Positions 34,915-46,762 are shown, numbered from the whole stretch's first letter. The stretch is DNA of 62,626 nt, filler included, from Globobulimina sp. (GCA_003354225.1; 35 parts of 35 records of this genome joined end to end with filler, not necessarily neighbours in it), one strand, 5' to 3'. A program made the numbers and translations. Notes: generated by a model not told the origin, from the sequence alone.

Positions 34915-35595
34915 GTATTGGCTATGGTAACACATTTGGTAATGGTAATCGGTAATGGATGGTTAACTAAGATTAACTGATGTTGGCACTAATACTGCTC
35001 ATATCACTGAAAATGGTTTGAGATTAAGAATATGTACCGAATTTGTTTGAAGTAATGGTTATGGTTGTAGTTTTTGGTAACGGTAACAGATATGGTAATG
35101 GTGGTGGTTATCACAATTTCCTTGGTGCAATGTCAAGTATTTCGTTTTTCAGTAAATTTTCAAATTTTGTTATGTCTCTACTATACCAGTTTCAGGGTAG
35201 TAATACTGGGAATGGTAATGTTAATGGTTACAGTTTTAGTAATTACCAAGGTAATAAAAACGAAAATTGTATGTAAAACTTTGCCTTAACTGAAATTGGA
35301 ACTGTTGTTTTTGTTTGTTACAGTAACTATATTTTTGATGCAAATTGTTATGTTTTGGCATACACAGCCTCAATAACTCGTCCATTATTCATCAAGGCTG
35401 CATTTTAGAGACTTTTTTATGGACATGAAAAATTGTCGTTTTGACTAAAGGAATCGAACGAGGTGTTCGGTTGTTCGGCCCTGGACTCCGGTAATTTCAA
35501 CGGAAATGGCTATGACAATGCTACAAAAGTGCAACTGCTACTACTGTTACTGTTACTGTTACAGTTGCTAGTAATGGTAATGGTAATGGTAATCA
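34915..35595. repeat. Degenerate GGTAAT/GTTACT hexamer-rich low-complexity region
   Basis: Scattered GGTAAT/GGTAAC units; pure (GTAATG)n and (CTGTTA)n runs at about 35540-35593. Confidence 0.7.
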
Positions 35596-35851
35596 TACAA
35601 ATCGTATGTCTATAAATATATCAAATATATCAAATATGTACCAATAATTTAGAGTAAACTGAAATCGATATCGATATTAGAAATTGTCAATAATATCTAG
35701 TGTAAATCGACATTTTGGGTAATTTTCAATTTTTTGAGTATTGATTCCCTTNNNNNNNNNNNNNNNNNNNNNNNNNNNNNNNNNNNNNNNNNNNNTTAAT
35801 TAATTAANNNNNNNNNNNNNNNNNNNNNNNNNNNNNNNNNNNNNNNNNNNN

Positions 35852-36078
35852 TATCCAATAAAAATGGATTTATTACTTTCTGCTTGTTTTATTGTTAATT
35901 GTTTATGATATGATTTATCATTCTCAGTTCTTAAAGGGACTGTATTTTTGGATCTATTCACTATAATTTTTGACACCAAATAAATACCAATGGTTGAACC
36001 AACAATTATTGATACACCAATTCGAACATATTTATTCTCAAAACCAGTCAGTAATAAACCTTTCATCGACTTTGACAT
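35852..36078 (-). CDS. N-terminus of a single-TM protein, 3' partial
   Basis: MSKSMKG...VRIGVSIIVGSTIGIYLV, open to the contig end. Confidence 0.5.
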
Positions 36079-36333
36079 TTTTACAGAAGGGCCGAAAGTT
36101 TGACATTTTTACATCTCATTCCAAGTTATTTAGTATTCTTGTCATTCAGTTATACTTTTTTATACAGGTGCAAACCACCATATTTGTACACAAAACTTAA
36201 TAGAAAATTGTTTAATGAAATTCGTAAAATTATTGTTTAATGAAAATTGTTTAATGAATAGTATCCAATGGAGTATTTTGTAAGAAACAAATGTTATATC
36301 AAATAAATGAAATAAATGCTATTACTGTCATTG

Positions 36334-37543
36334 TTATTCGAATTTCCAGGATTCACAGAATCCATTAATTCTACAATCATTGTTTTTGATCACAAAATAA
36401 CTCTCAAACATATCAACTGAAATGTTGGTTGATGAGCATTCTGATTTTAATGCTTGTAATATAATATTTTTATCAGTTTTCTTGATCAAACCTCGAACTG
36501 CTAATATAAACATAAAATCATTTATTTTTGAAGTATCCAAAAATACCACGAGTTTCCCGATCGCGGTATTTAGTGCATCCAAACTTTGATTCAAAATTTC
36601 ATTCCAATTCATGATCACCGAGGCACGTATTTTTATTTTATTTCTTTTCCAATTTTTTGTCTCAAATAAACCGTCTTTAATTTCATCCACAGCGGCACCT
36701 CCAACAAATGCATAATCATCAACAAATTCAATATATTCCAATGATTTGCATGATTTTATCAATTTTGACATCGTTCCTTTTGTTGGTTTTGGAAAAATAA
36801 AAATTTTCTTCAAACTTTTTGCTGTTTGTAATATATCATATATTGATTTGCTATTTACACTCATTACTCTCAATTCTTCCAATTTTCCGAAATTTATATT
36901 TTTAAAATTATAATCAAAGTTTAAATCGCCAGAAAACGATAAAAAATCTAAATTATTTCCAAAAGCCCTAATTAAATCTCTATTCACGGGAGACTCCAAA
37001 TTCACTGCCAATCCTTTTAAATTTGGATAAAAATATTTAATTGAATTCACATCATAGAATACAGTATTATGTATATGTAAATATTGTACATTTGGAAACT
37101 TTGGTAATATTCTAATTATATTAGCATTATGAGTACATGTTAATTTTGTAACATTCTGAGTATTAATATACGGCGATGACAAAGCATCATCAAGCTTAAC
37201 TTCGTCACAATTATCGCCATACAACGCAATTGATTCTAATTCATTCATTACTGGTAAACCTGTCATATGCATTGCGGTCATTGATGGTAAAAATATTTGA
37301 TTGCATTGACTTAAAGATAAACTCAAATGTTTTATGGACGGAAATAAGCGTAAATTAATAGATGTACAATCTCTAAGTTTATCTAAAACTAATTCTTGTA
37401 ATAAATTTGGCGAATTACATCCTAAATAAATAAATCGCTTAGTTTTAGCAAAATCAATATTATCGGATTGATTTAAAAATGAAGATATAACACCAATTAA
37501 TCGTTTTGGTAATTCATCTAATTTAACATTTTGGGTTGGATCA
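36334..37543 (-). CDS. F-box-like plus leucine-rich-repeat protein, 5' partial
   Basis: The frame extends upstream to LDELPKRLIGVISSFL...IYLGCNSPNLLQEL. LRR units FPNVQYLHI, YPNLKGLAV, LEELRV, CKSLEYI. Confidence 0.8.
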
Positions 37544-37643
37544 NNNNNNNNNNNNNNNNNNNNNNNNNNNNNNNNNNNNNNNNNNNNTTAATTAATTAAN
37601 NNNNNNNNNNNNNNNNNNNNNNNNNNNNNNNNNNNNNNNNNNN

Positions 37644-38122
37644 AATATTCTACGATCAACAGGTCTCCAGCCAGGAGGCAACACAGCAAGCACTGACGAC
37701 TCATAGGGAGTTCCACCTTTAATCAGTCCTTTTAAATGCACAACATTACCAACTTTGAAAGCCTTGGGTGGTGCATATACGCCGCCACCATTAGGTTCCC
37801 AGCCATTCGGTGAATGTAATTCTAAATAAATTTCCTCCATTTTTGTTTTATTATACAAGTTCCAAAGTCCAAATCCAATGCCACATCCAATTCCTAATGA
37901 TAGCATAGTAAATGTAGCAAACGCTCCAGTTGAGATATCCATTGTGCATATTGTTCCTTGTGTATCTCTTGTGGTCAAAAATGGAATTGTTATCGCCAAA
38001 GCAATAGGATATCTTATCTTAAATTCGCCCAATTTAGGTTGTTGCACAAATGACCATTTTGGTCTTGATTTGTTGATTGATCGATATCGATCCCTCAATT
38101 GATACGATAGTCTCCTCCACAT
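37644..38122 (-). CDS. Membrane protein with an Arg-rich presequence-like N-terminus and a phage-tail-like beta domain, 3' partial
   Basis: MWRRLSYQLRDRYRS..., TM AFATFTMLSLGIGCGIGFGLW, then NGWEP...PKAFKVGNVVHLKGLIKGG...LAVLPPGWRP. Confidence 0.65.
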
Positions 38123-38253
38123 GATGTGGCTCAAAAAGCAAGCAAAATGACGAAAGAGTCAGTGTGGGTTCTATTTTTTTGAAGCAGCTGTTTTTTTTTG
38201 TTCTCGCAACTACGTACGAGCACTAACTCTGTCATAATAGTATATTATTTTTA

Positions 38254-39335
38254 TCAGTTTGTCCCTACAAAATCAAGAAATAATTGCTTTCGCTTTCTTT
38301 TATTACTCCTCCAAACACGCAATAACTGATTGTTCCAACACCAATAAATTAGCAGCACATAAATCATCATTGAGAATGCAACTAAAATTATATTAGTGAG
38401 ATATTTATAGTAATTAAACATGCAAAATGTGCTTAACTTGGAATGTAAACCAATGGATGCGTAATGTCATCATTTCCAAAATCAATAAAGACAGAAAAAA
38501 GGTTATTTATGATATGTAATATTATGGGCTCCCATAAAGTCGAAGTTATTATCATTCTCAATGTGTAAAACAATGATACTATGCAACCAATAATAATCTG
38601 TGCGATGGCGTATTTATTATTGTATTTTGTGGCAAATAAATTAAAAATATGAATTGAACCAAACATAATTGCTGAGATTACCATACATCTTTTAATTGCA
38701 ATCAAATTACTTTTATTATAATTACTATTCCTCTTTGCATGCAAATAATTGATTGGATTGCAATGTCGATATAACAATAAAAATATTAATCCGCGATGTA
38801 CGATCTCTTCACGAACCGGCGAACAGACAAATAAATTAAACATTTGATAATAATTAAATTCATTGTCAATGTTTGTAATATTTGATAAAGTAAACAGCCA
38901 TGTTTTATAATAGCTGAATAATGCATAATTTATACAAATTCCTAAGCAATGCAAAACAAATATTATTAGTATCATTTTGCTTAAATTATTTATTTCATGC
39001 AATCCCATTCGAATCACAACTGTTTTCATATTCAATCCGATGTTATAGGAAACACTAAATATTATTAAAAAAATCAATAAAATGTTGCCCAATGAATCGA
39101 ATAATATTTCAAAGAGTTGATTTGAATTATTTAATGGCAATATCTTTGATTTTAAATATGCAATACACCAAATTCCACCCATCAATTCACTTACAACAAA
39201 CATAACTTCTGCAAATCCGGACACTATGTGCACTCCCAATGGTGTTTGTTGGATGTCTGCCATTTTAAAGTTGGTTTTAGCCAAAAACTTCAGCTGACTC
39301 AAATTGTTGTATACCATCATTATATATTCAAAATG
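38254..39335 (-). CDS. CPBP/Rce1-like (type II CAAX) intramembrane protease; intron 38382-38437; 5' partial
   Basis: PVREEIVHRG, SAIMFGSIH, IILHIINN. Splicing adds a final TM exon IAFSMMIYVLLIYW...GTN*. Confidence 0.9.
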
Positions 39336-39435
39336 NNNNNNNNNNNNNNNNNNNNNNNNNNNNNNNNNNNNNNNNNNNNTTAATTAATTAANNNNNNNNN
39401 NNNNNNNNNNNNNNNNNNNNNNNNNNNNNNNNNNN

Positions 39436-41127
39436 TTATTAGCTTTATTATTTTGTTGAAATTGCCTAAATTGCTTATTTGTCCATTTTAATATTATTTC
39501 ATCAAAAACAGCGTCATTGATATTTTCACTTATAATATTTAAATAAGTCATCATTTTTTCCTTTATAAAATGCATTTTAATTTGTTTCAATAACGATTTT
39601 ATATATTTTTTATTCACATCGACAATGTTGTTCTCATTTATTCCAATTAGTTTAAATTTAAACTGCTTACAAGCTAATAATATCTCCTTTGCATTTGCCA
39701 TTTTATCAAATTTATTTCTTATTTTTATTTTAACCTTTTTCCAATCAACGCAACCATCTTTGCATTGATTCAATAAATGTAAGATAACCAAACCATCGCT
39801 TATATCTTCATGCAAATCATTAATATTTTCCCATTTAAAATGATTCAATGAATTCATCCAATTTATCCACGAAACCATATATTTAGACTCTCCGTCCAAT
39901 GCAACAAATTTAATGCTTTGCTTCTCTTTCTCCGATAATTTATTAATGTTATTCTGTATTTTAAATATGTTTATCAATATCATTTGCTGCAAATAATAGC
40001 TATTTTTGTACTCACTCTCATTTTCTTTAAACTCAATCTCGACATTCAATGCCTTGTAAACCAGTTCAATATCATTCATATAATCATTATTCTCTTTATT
40101 GGAGCTTTCAGTATTCTCACTCGTAAAATTATCATTTAAACTCATTTTTTCATCTTCAATGACGGGGTTAATTAATTCCAGTCTGTTACCCGATGTACTT
40201 CGGGCCCGAGAACGCGATAAATTGTCCATGTCATTACAATCCAAATGGTCTTTTAAATCAATACTATGTTTTAATTGACTTTTTCGTCGCTTTTTGCTTC
40301 TGTTATGCTTTAATTTTGGATGTTTGATAAATAATAACCACCTTTTCAACCATATGGTATACGACCAATTATTGCAGCTCCTCTGTTCTTCTTCATTCTG
40401 ACATAAACGAATTAATTCCCCACATTTATAAATATTGAGCTTCGCATTAAAATAATTAGCTATCAAATATTCACATATATTGTTCATAATTGATAGTGTG
40501 TATGATACGTTAAAATATAAATCTTTAATATTCTCTGGATTGATGCTGATTTGTGGTGGAGGTTTGTAGCAAAACAAAGGTTTATTATGTTGCATGTGAC
40601 AAATGTAAGATATATATATGGTTAAAATCTAAATGGCACCGAACACAGTGGTACACATTCAATGTTGTTTTGCGTTCCAATGTTCTGACAGTGGGCAACA
40701 AAAAACATGTTCAGAAACATACCACACCAAAACAGTATGTCGTACATTTCTGAATATGTTTTTGTTGCTGTATTTATAGATTTTATCCAATCATAGTCCC
40801 ACAACACTTGCTTCTTAACTAATATTTGGACAAAATAATAAAAGTTTTATTTATTTACAAACCTCAATGCATCATTATATCCATAGGATACGTTCAACGC
40901 ATATAAACTATTTATAATCACATTCATATTTCCGATTATATTCTCTTTATAATTGGATACTTTTTCTTCAGTGTTATATTCCATACATCGCAAATCAATA
41001 CAATCGGGCTGCAAAATGTTAATAATTTCGGCAAATATTTTGCCATCAAATAATTTATAAATTATGCCTTTTACGTATGGCTCTGAATTGGAATAAGAAC
41101 ATATTGGCTTATACTTATTTGGTACTA
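39436..41127 (-). CDS. Divergent fimbrin/plastin-like multi-calponin-homology protein, intron-containing, partial
   Basis: DGKIFAEIINILQPDCIDLR is CH1-like; NWMNSL...INDLHEDISDGLVILHLL...VDWKKV...LIGINENNIVDVNKK is CH3-like; ILKWTN starts CH4. Confidence 0.75.
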
Positions 41128-41384
41128 NNNNNNNNNNNNNNNNNNNNNNNNNNNNNNNNNNNNNNNNNNNNTTAATTAATTAANNNNNNNNNNNNNNNNN
41201 NNNNNNNNNNNNNNNNNNNNNNNNNNNTAAAAAGAAGCCATATAACAATCGGGGCAATAAAAATCATGACATAGCGTCCAATGCGACTCCGAATGATCGT
41301 CCACATCAGGAGAATTTTGCCCAACGCTGGCAAGGAAATCCGATGATATTAAATTCGAAGAAAATCACACATTTATTGCGCGAC

Positions 41385-42422
41385 TCAGGTACGTCTTTTG
41401 ATTTTAGGAAAAGCGATAAATTCAGATTTTCGAATTGATTTTAATATCTTGAATGGACCATGTTTGTTCATATTATATCGAATTAAAAATAAACACGAAT
41501 GTACCAATTGGGAATCAATTACAATCTGCTCTCTGTGCTCAGACACGAAACATTGATAAATAACATTCGCGACCGGCGCCATAGCCATCCCGCAGGAGGC
41601 CAATACATCAATATCTCGAAACATGTGCACCAATTTGTTAATTATCATAGAAAATAAATGTTGCGGCCATTTCTCTTTCATCGAATAACTGTTTGCGTTG
41701 ATCAATGGCGCCTCGCCATCCTTATCCGAGGCATCAGAGTGTGTATAACAACAATCCAAACATATAGTTTTGACCAGCAAATTTATGATAAAATAGGAAT
41801 ACTCATAAACGGCTCCATGCGTGTCATCCACAGGGAAAGTTCTTCCATCATCAACAAAATCGTCATCAATCTGAAATTGATTGTCGAGGATATATTTTCT
41901 GGATTTTAAATACATTTTTAATGAACGTTTGTTGACTTTGTTCATTGTTTCTTTCTGTCTAATTCTAGAAATCCATTGCGATATTAATGTTTTGTTGAGG
42001 ATCAATTCAATAATACCCGGGGATGACCATAATTTTCGGAACAATAAATAGTGAGATTCGTATTTGCTATCATCGAGAAATGACATTCGCAAACAACCAT
42101 GCAACCACATATCTGCTTGATTTCCATGCTTTGTTTTCAGAGAATTAAATATTTTTTTCAACGTCATGTATAGGAATGTTGTGTTCAATTTGTTTGGATG
42201 GACAACAAAACATAATGTGTCTACTAATTGTTTTACCGATTTTGTACCAATCCATTGCTCGTACGATTTGAATTGATAATGTGGAACGCAATTTTCTTTA
42301 TGATGATTCCAGTGCGATCTTTGACATTTTTTATCACAATAAATGACCAATTTACACCTGCTGCATCTCAATATCGATGACAGTGTCAACTTTTTAAAAC
42401 AAGAGTAGCAATGTAACAACAT
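41385..42422 (-). CDS. MYND-type zinc-finger protein
   Basis: CYSC...CSRCKLVIYCDKKCQRSHWNHHKENC. Confidence 0.9.
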   Translation of the reverse strand: MLLHCYSCFKKLTLSSILRCSRCKLVIYCDKKCQRSHWNHHKENCVPHYQFKSYEQWIGTKSVKQLVDTLCFVVHPNKLNTTFLYMTLKKIFNSLKTKHGNQADMWLHGCLRMSFLDDSKYESHYLLFRKLWSSPGIIELILNKTLISQWISRIRQKETMNKVNKRSLKMYLKSRKYILDNQFQIDDDFVDDGRTFPVDDTHGAVYEYSYFIINLLVKTICLDCCYTHSDASDKDGEAPLINANSYSMKEKWPQHLFSMIINKLVHMFRDIDVLASCGMAMAPVANVIYQCFVSEHREQIVIDSQLVHSCLFLIRYNMNKHGPFKILKSIRKSEFIAFPKIKRRT

Positions 42423-42480
42423 GTGTTTTTAAGCGTTTTCTGTAAATTACGTAAATTAAGATTTTAATGACGATAACGTA
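42423..42480. promoter_or_regulatory. 58-bp spacer between divergent ATGs (putative bidirectional promoter)
   Basis: The MYND ATG (minus, 42422) and Arb2 ATG (plus, 42481) face apart, with a central palindromic TTACGTAA. Confidence 0.45.
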
Positions 42481-42919
42481 ATGGCTGTTTCAACAGAATC
42501 AAAGAACACAGAAATGAAACATGATGATAGTATTATAACAGATCTAGATGAAAAGTCAAACAATTGTATTAATATTGTGATACTAAAGGAACAAAATAAA
42601 TATTTAAACAAATATGGATTTTACTGCAATGCAAGAGGTGAAATTATGAACATCCAAACAGATGTTTCAATAGAAAAGGATTCACAGATAGCTCTTACAC
42701 AGTTTGTTCCTTTAAATATTGTTCACGCATTTATACAAAATATATTTCAAACGCAATATAAAATGGATAAAATATCCGTTCAAAGCAAATTTGAAAACGA
42801 GATTTTATGTTCAAACATATTCGTCTCAGCGGACTATGAAAAAAAGAAAACATTATTTCTTATTTTGACTGGTTTTGGTAAAGTAAATGCCGGAGAATGG
42901 TCAACTTCAATTTGTATTA
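42481..42919 (+). CDS. FAM172/Arb2-domain protein, 3' partial
   Basis: GFYCNARGEI...NIFVSADYEKKKTLFLILTGFGKVNAGEWSTSICI resembles Arb2 IF.S.D...L.LI.G.G.VRAGQW. Confidence 0.8.
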
Positions 42920-43023
42920 NNNNNNNNNNNNNNNNNNNNNNNNNNNNNNNNNNNNNNNNNNNNTTAATTAATTAANNNNNNNNNNNNNNNNNNNNNNNNN
43001 NNNNNNNNNNNNNNNNNNNATAC

Positions 43024-43055
<32 letters not shown>

Positions 43056-44270
43056 TCAAAAAAAAAAAAAAAGAAGAGTTCCAAAAAAAAAACATTGACA
43101 GTGGACAAATTAAAAGACCAAAAGCTGTTATCCTCTTTGATCGACGATAGATTGGCGGGCATACACTTTGAGTCTGGCACTACTTATCGATGTCGTTATC
43201 ATGTTTGCTATTCTTATATTTGATTTCAATTAAATATCAATTTGATTATTTAATTAATATAATTCCGCAAGTAACAAAAAGTTCTGATGTTAGAAAAGTT
43301 TTCACTCCAAATGTTAGTCACAATCAGGACTCCATCACAGCTAGTCTCGTCAGCTTTCAGCACCTCTGATTCAGCAACAAAAGATGCCCAACGCAATATT
43401 ATCAGTGATTATAATGTACGCTGGCAATGATGCAATACCAATCTCGTATTCTCTGTCCGCTCTTCCATTCTTAGGCGAAACTTTATCACATTTAAAAGGA
43501 TGGTGGGACGAAATTCAGCAATCATCAGGTCAGTGTGGGATATTTGTGTCACAGAATATAAAAACCGCCGCGAAAGAATTCGATGCATTTATTACAGAAG
43601 GATAAATGACGGTCTGGGATGGTATAAATATCATAATTTAGTCATTCCATAAATCATTTTGACTGTATTTCCCTAAGTTGAATTAAGTTAGAATTTTCCT
43701 AAGTTGTCTAAGTTTCCTACGTTGTCTAACCTAACAGATATTGGTATTGAATTTAGACGTTTTTTGGCGACATTGAAAATCAAATTTGGACAGCCGTTAT
43801 GTGCAAAACAAGAATTCAATTCAATTTTAACCACGTGCAAGACCGGACAACTTATCTTTTCTTTTCCAATATCCAGCTGCAAACGCGCAGTGATTTGTTC
43901 ATCTTTAAATTGATGCGCTCTTTCCAATGACCCAAGTCACCCAATGACCATTATCATTTCCAAATAATTCAATTCTTTTTTCCAATGTATGCATTTACAA
44001 TTCATCAAACGATATTGAATCGACAGAGATTGAAACAGTCGCAATGGATAACTCTCATACAGCGACTGAAAATAGAAAAAGTCAGACTCTAAATTTAATC
44101 TATCATTCAATCACGCCCCTGTCGACTTTATCACCGATTTTTACAATCAAAACTTTGGTTCTGTCTTCGACCGAATTAATTCCATATTTTTACTATTTTC
44201 TGTTTTATTTGTATACACTAACTCTGAATTTATACACAGGACTGATCTCAGGATCAGACGCCCCAAGAAC

Positions 44271-44711
44271 TTGCGCAAATTTTGGTTTCAGACGCCCCAA
44301 GGGTTTCAGAAATTCATCGAAGATTTGACGTATGAGTCGACAGAGGAGAGAGCAGTGCAGTTGGCGGCCTTTCATAAGTGTTGCTTGTATGAGTACAAAG
44401 AATGCGACGACGAAGAGTCGCATCATTTGCGTGGTTTGGGGAAGAAAAAGCTGTCGACGATCTCACTGAGCAGTAATTATGACTCGCCCAAGTCTCGTTC
44501 GTACACAAATAATATCGATCCATTCACTGAGTTTTTGGAGGAACGCATCCCTTTGCAACACTACCAAGTGCCACAGGCCAACGATACACAGATTGGCAAA
44601 GAGTACAAATACGAAGTGAAGAGTTCCTTCCCCACTCTGAATGACACTTTATTGATCAAACCGCGCATCTGTGACTTAGTGAGTCTGATCAGCGATGAAT
44701 ACAAAGACGGC
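44271..44711 (+). CDS. Hypothetical protein exon, partial
   Basis: Open frame of about 147 codons downstream of an intron-like AT-rich tract ending ACAG. No domain recognised. Confidence 0.45.
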
Positions 44712-44811
44712 NNNNNNNNNNNNNNNNNNNNNNNNNNNNNNNNNNNNNNNNNNNNTTAATTAATTAANNNNNNNNNNNNNNNNNNNNNNNNNNNNNNNNN
44801 NNNNNNNNNNN

Positions 44812-45129
44812 TTAAGTAGGGTGAAAAATTTAAAAAATTGTGTTATGGAAGCAATGACTTTTGGAAGATTGAAAAAATGTAAAAACAAAGATACTGAGAA
44901 GAGATTAGAAGAGGAAAATCGATTAAGTGATTTAGAAAAAAACCTAGAAGATTTTGAATTTTGTAAAATGAATAATGACTTTGAAATGATTGACATCCAA
45001 GTGATGAATAATGAAAATTTGAGTGATCATCCAAGTGATGAGGATGTAGTACAAGGCATAAATAGAGATATATTGGATGACTGTGAAGATGCTATGGATG
45101 TTGATGAGGAAGATTTTGCTGGTTTTTGA
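44812..45129 (+). CDS. Acidic C-terminus of a hypothetical protein running into the left arm of the inverted repeat, 5' partial
   Basis: Ends INRDILDDCEDAMDVDEEDFAGF*. Confidence 0.55.
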   Translation, partial: LSRVKNLKNCVMEAMTFGRLKKCKNKDTEKRLEEENRLSDLEKNLEDFEFCKMNNDFEMIDIQVMNNENLSDHPSDEDVVQGINRDILDDCEDAMDVDEEDFAGF

Positions 45130-45818
45130 ATGAAAAAAATAAGAAAATACACAAGACATTTGTTTTGAATGACATGTGTGTTTCTTATTGTTTTAATAAA
45201 ATGTTAAAACTGTTTTTTCGAAATATTTCAAACGCAAAAAATAAACCTCATCCTTACGAGCTTCTTGCCTCATGGGTTCTTGCATCCTGTGCTTCTTGTC
45301 TGTTCTTCTAAAACAAAATATTTTTTTAATGCCTCACCAGTCCCAACAAAAAAAAAAGGGAAACAAATATGATGACTTCTTGGCTCGGGGGTACTTGCCT
45401 CTGTGCTCCTTGCCTCAGTGTTTCTTGCCTCTGTGCTTCTTGCTTCTGGGTCTATCGACCCGCAATGCTACTGTGTTGCCCCCTCTATATATGCATATTC
45501 ATATATAGAGGGGGCAACACAGTAGCATTGCGGGTCGATAGACCCCAGAGGCAAGAAACATCGAGTCAAGATAAACCAGGAGGCGCGAAGGAAACCAAGA
45601 GGCAAGAAACAACGATATTGGACCCAGATGCAAGAAGCACAGAATGCAAGAAGCCCGAAACAAGATGCTTATCTGAGTTTGAAATTTTCAAAAAAAAATT
45701 AAGAAACACACATGTCATTCAAAACAAATGTCTTGTATATATATTTTCTTATTTTTTTCATTAAAAAACTACAAAAATATTCTTTATCCTCACTGTCATC
45801 TAATATTTCTATATTTAT
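45058..45818. mobile_element. Large imperfect inverted repeat with a perfect core; probable back-to-back termini of a long-TIR DNA element
   Basis: Perfect arms 45448-45493 and 45500-45545 around CATATT. Subterminal CTTCTTGCCTC-like repeats are mirrored as GAGGCAAGAA. Outer blocks ~45129-45187 and ~45700-45763 are near-complementary. Confidence 0.7.
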
Positions 45819-46503
45819 TTTTTAAAATTTATTTTTCTCCTTTTACGTGAAGGTGATTGTTCTGTTAATGATAAAGATGTTGTTCTTGAAGTTACATTGT
45901 GTATTTCTTCATCATTTAAGATATATTTCCGATAATTACCTCTATACCAATCCAACCAACATTTTGTACAAAAGAATATATTATAATGATCATAAAATCC
46001 TTCAACTTTTTCTTTACATGTGAAACACTTCTGAATTCCTTTGATAAATATTCTTTTTTTAAAATCTTTACAAATCTGTTTCTTTGACCATTTTTGAGCA
46101 GTATTTGCATATATTTTTTTGACATGACAATCACATTTATTTTGAAAATAATGCCAACATTTACGACATAATTCAATTTGTTGTTTTATATCAATTGTAT
46201 AATTTCGAAATTTTAGATCTTTCCAGAATTTTCTTGAATAGCAAGAAGGACAATCTTTTATACATATTTCATCAAATAACTGTTTATGATTATTTACCAT
46301 TGGTTCTTTATCCATTTTTTCCATAAATAAAATCAATCGTTTTTTTGTTGTATAATTATATAATTGAATCAAATCTTTAAAATCAATACTTAATAAACGT
46401 TTTAAAAATGGATTTAATATATTTTGAATCTCAATTAAATAAAAATATACCCAAAAATCTGCAATACTAATAATATTTTCATAAAAATATCCATTCAAAA
46501 AAC
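45815..46503 (-). CDS. Cys-rich (CxxC) hypothetical protein converging on the inverted repeat, 5' partial
   Basis: CPSC, CRKCW and CFTC...CTKCW motifs, basic NLS-like tail RKRRKI, very AT-rich. Confidence 0.7.
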
Positions 46504-46603
46504 NNNNNNNNNNNNNNNNNNNNNNNNNNNNNNNNNNNNNNNNNNNNTTAATTAATTAANNNNNNNNNNNNNNNNNNNNNNNNNNNNNNNNNNNNNNNNN
46601 NNN

Positions 46604-46762
46604 TTGTTGTTGGAATCAGAGTTATTGAAATTGAATATGAAAATGTTGAAGAAACGATGTAAAGAACGCCACATATCTGCACAAGGCGGCAAATTGGAAA
46701 TGATATCAAAGATAATTGAAAGAGAAAACTTGTACGAGGGACACCTATCGATGCGGGAGTAG
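46604..46762 (+). CDS. C-terminal SAP domain of a truncated gene (absent from the ORF track)
   Basis: LLKLNMKMLKKRCKERHISAQGGKLEMISKI fits SAP L..L....LK..L......G.K..LI..I. Confidence 0.65.
   Translation: MLLESELLKLNMKMLKKRCKERHISAQGGKLEMISKIIERENLYEGHLSMRE

Noticed and set aside
43020-43092. Poly(A) tail of a retrocopy, or a poly-Lys/poly-Phe ORF
   Set aside because: Interrupted A runs at the very contig edge with no identifiable upstream gene; cannot be told apart from low-complexity or low-quality sequence.
45448-45545. Rho-independent terminator or pre-miRNA
   Set aside because: It is the centre of a ~760-bp mirrored structure with subterminal repeats, has no U-tract, and lies in a eukaryotic context.
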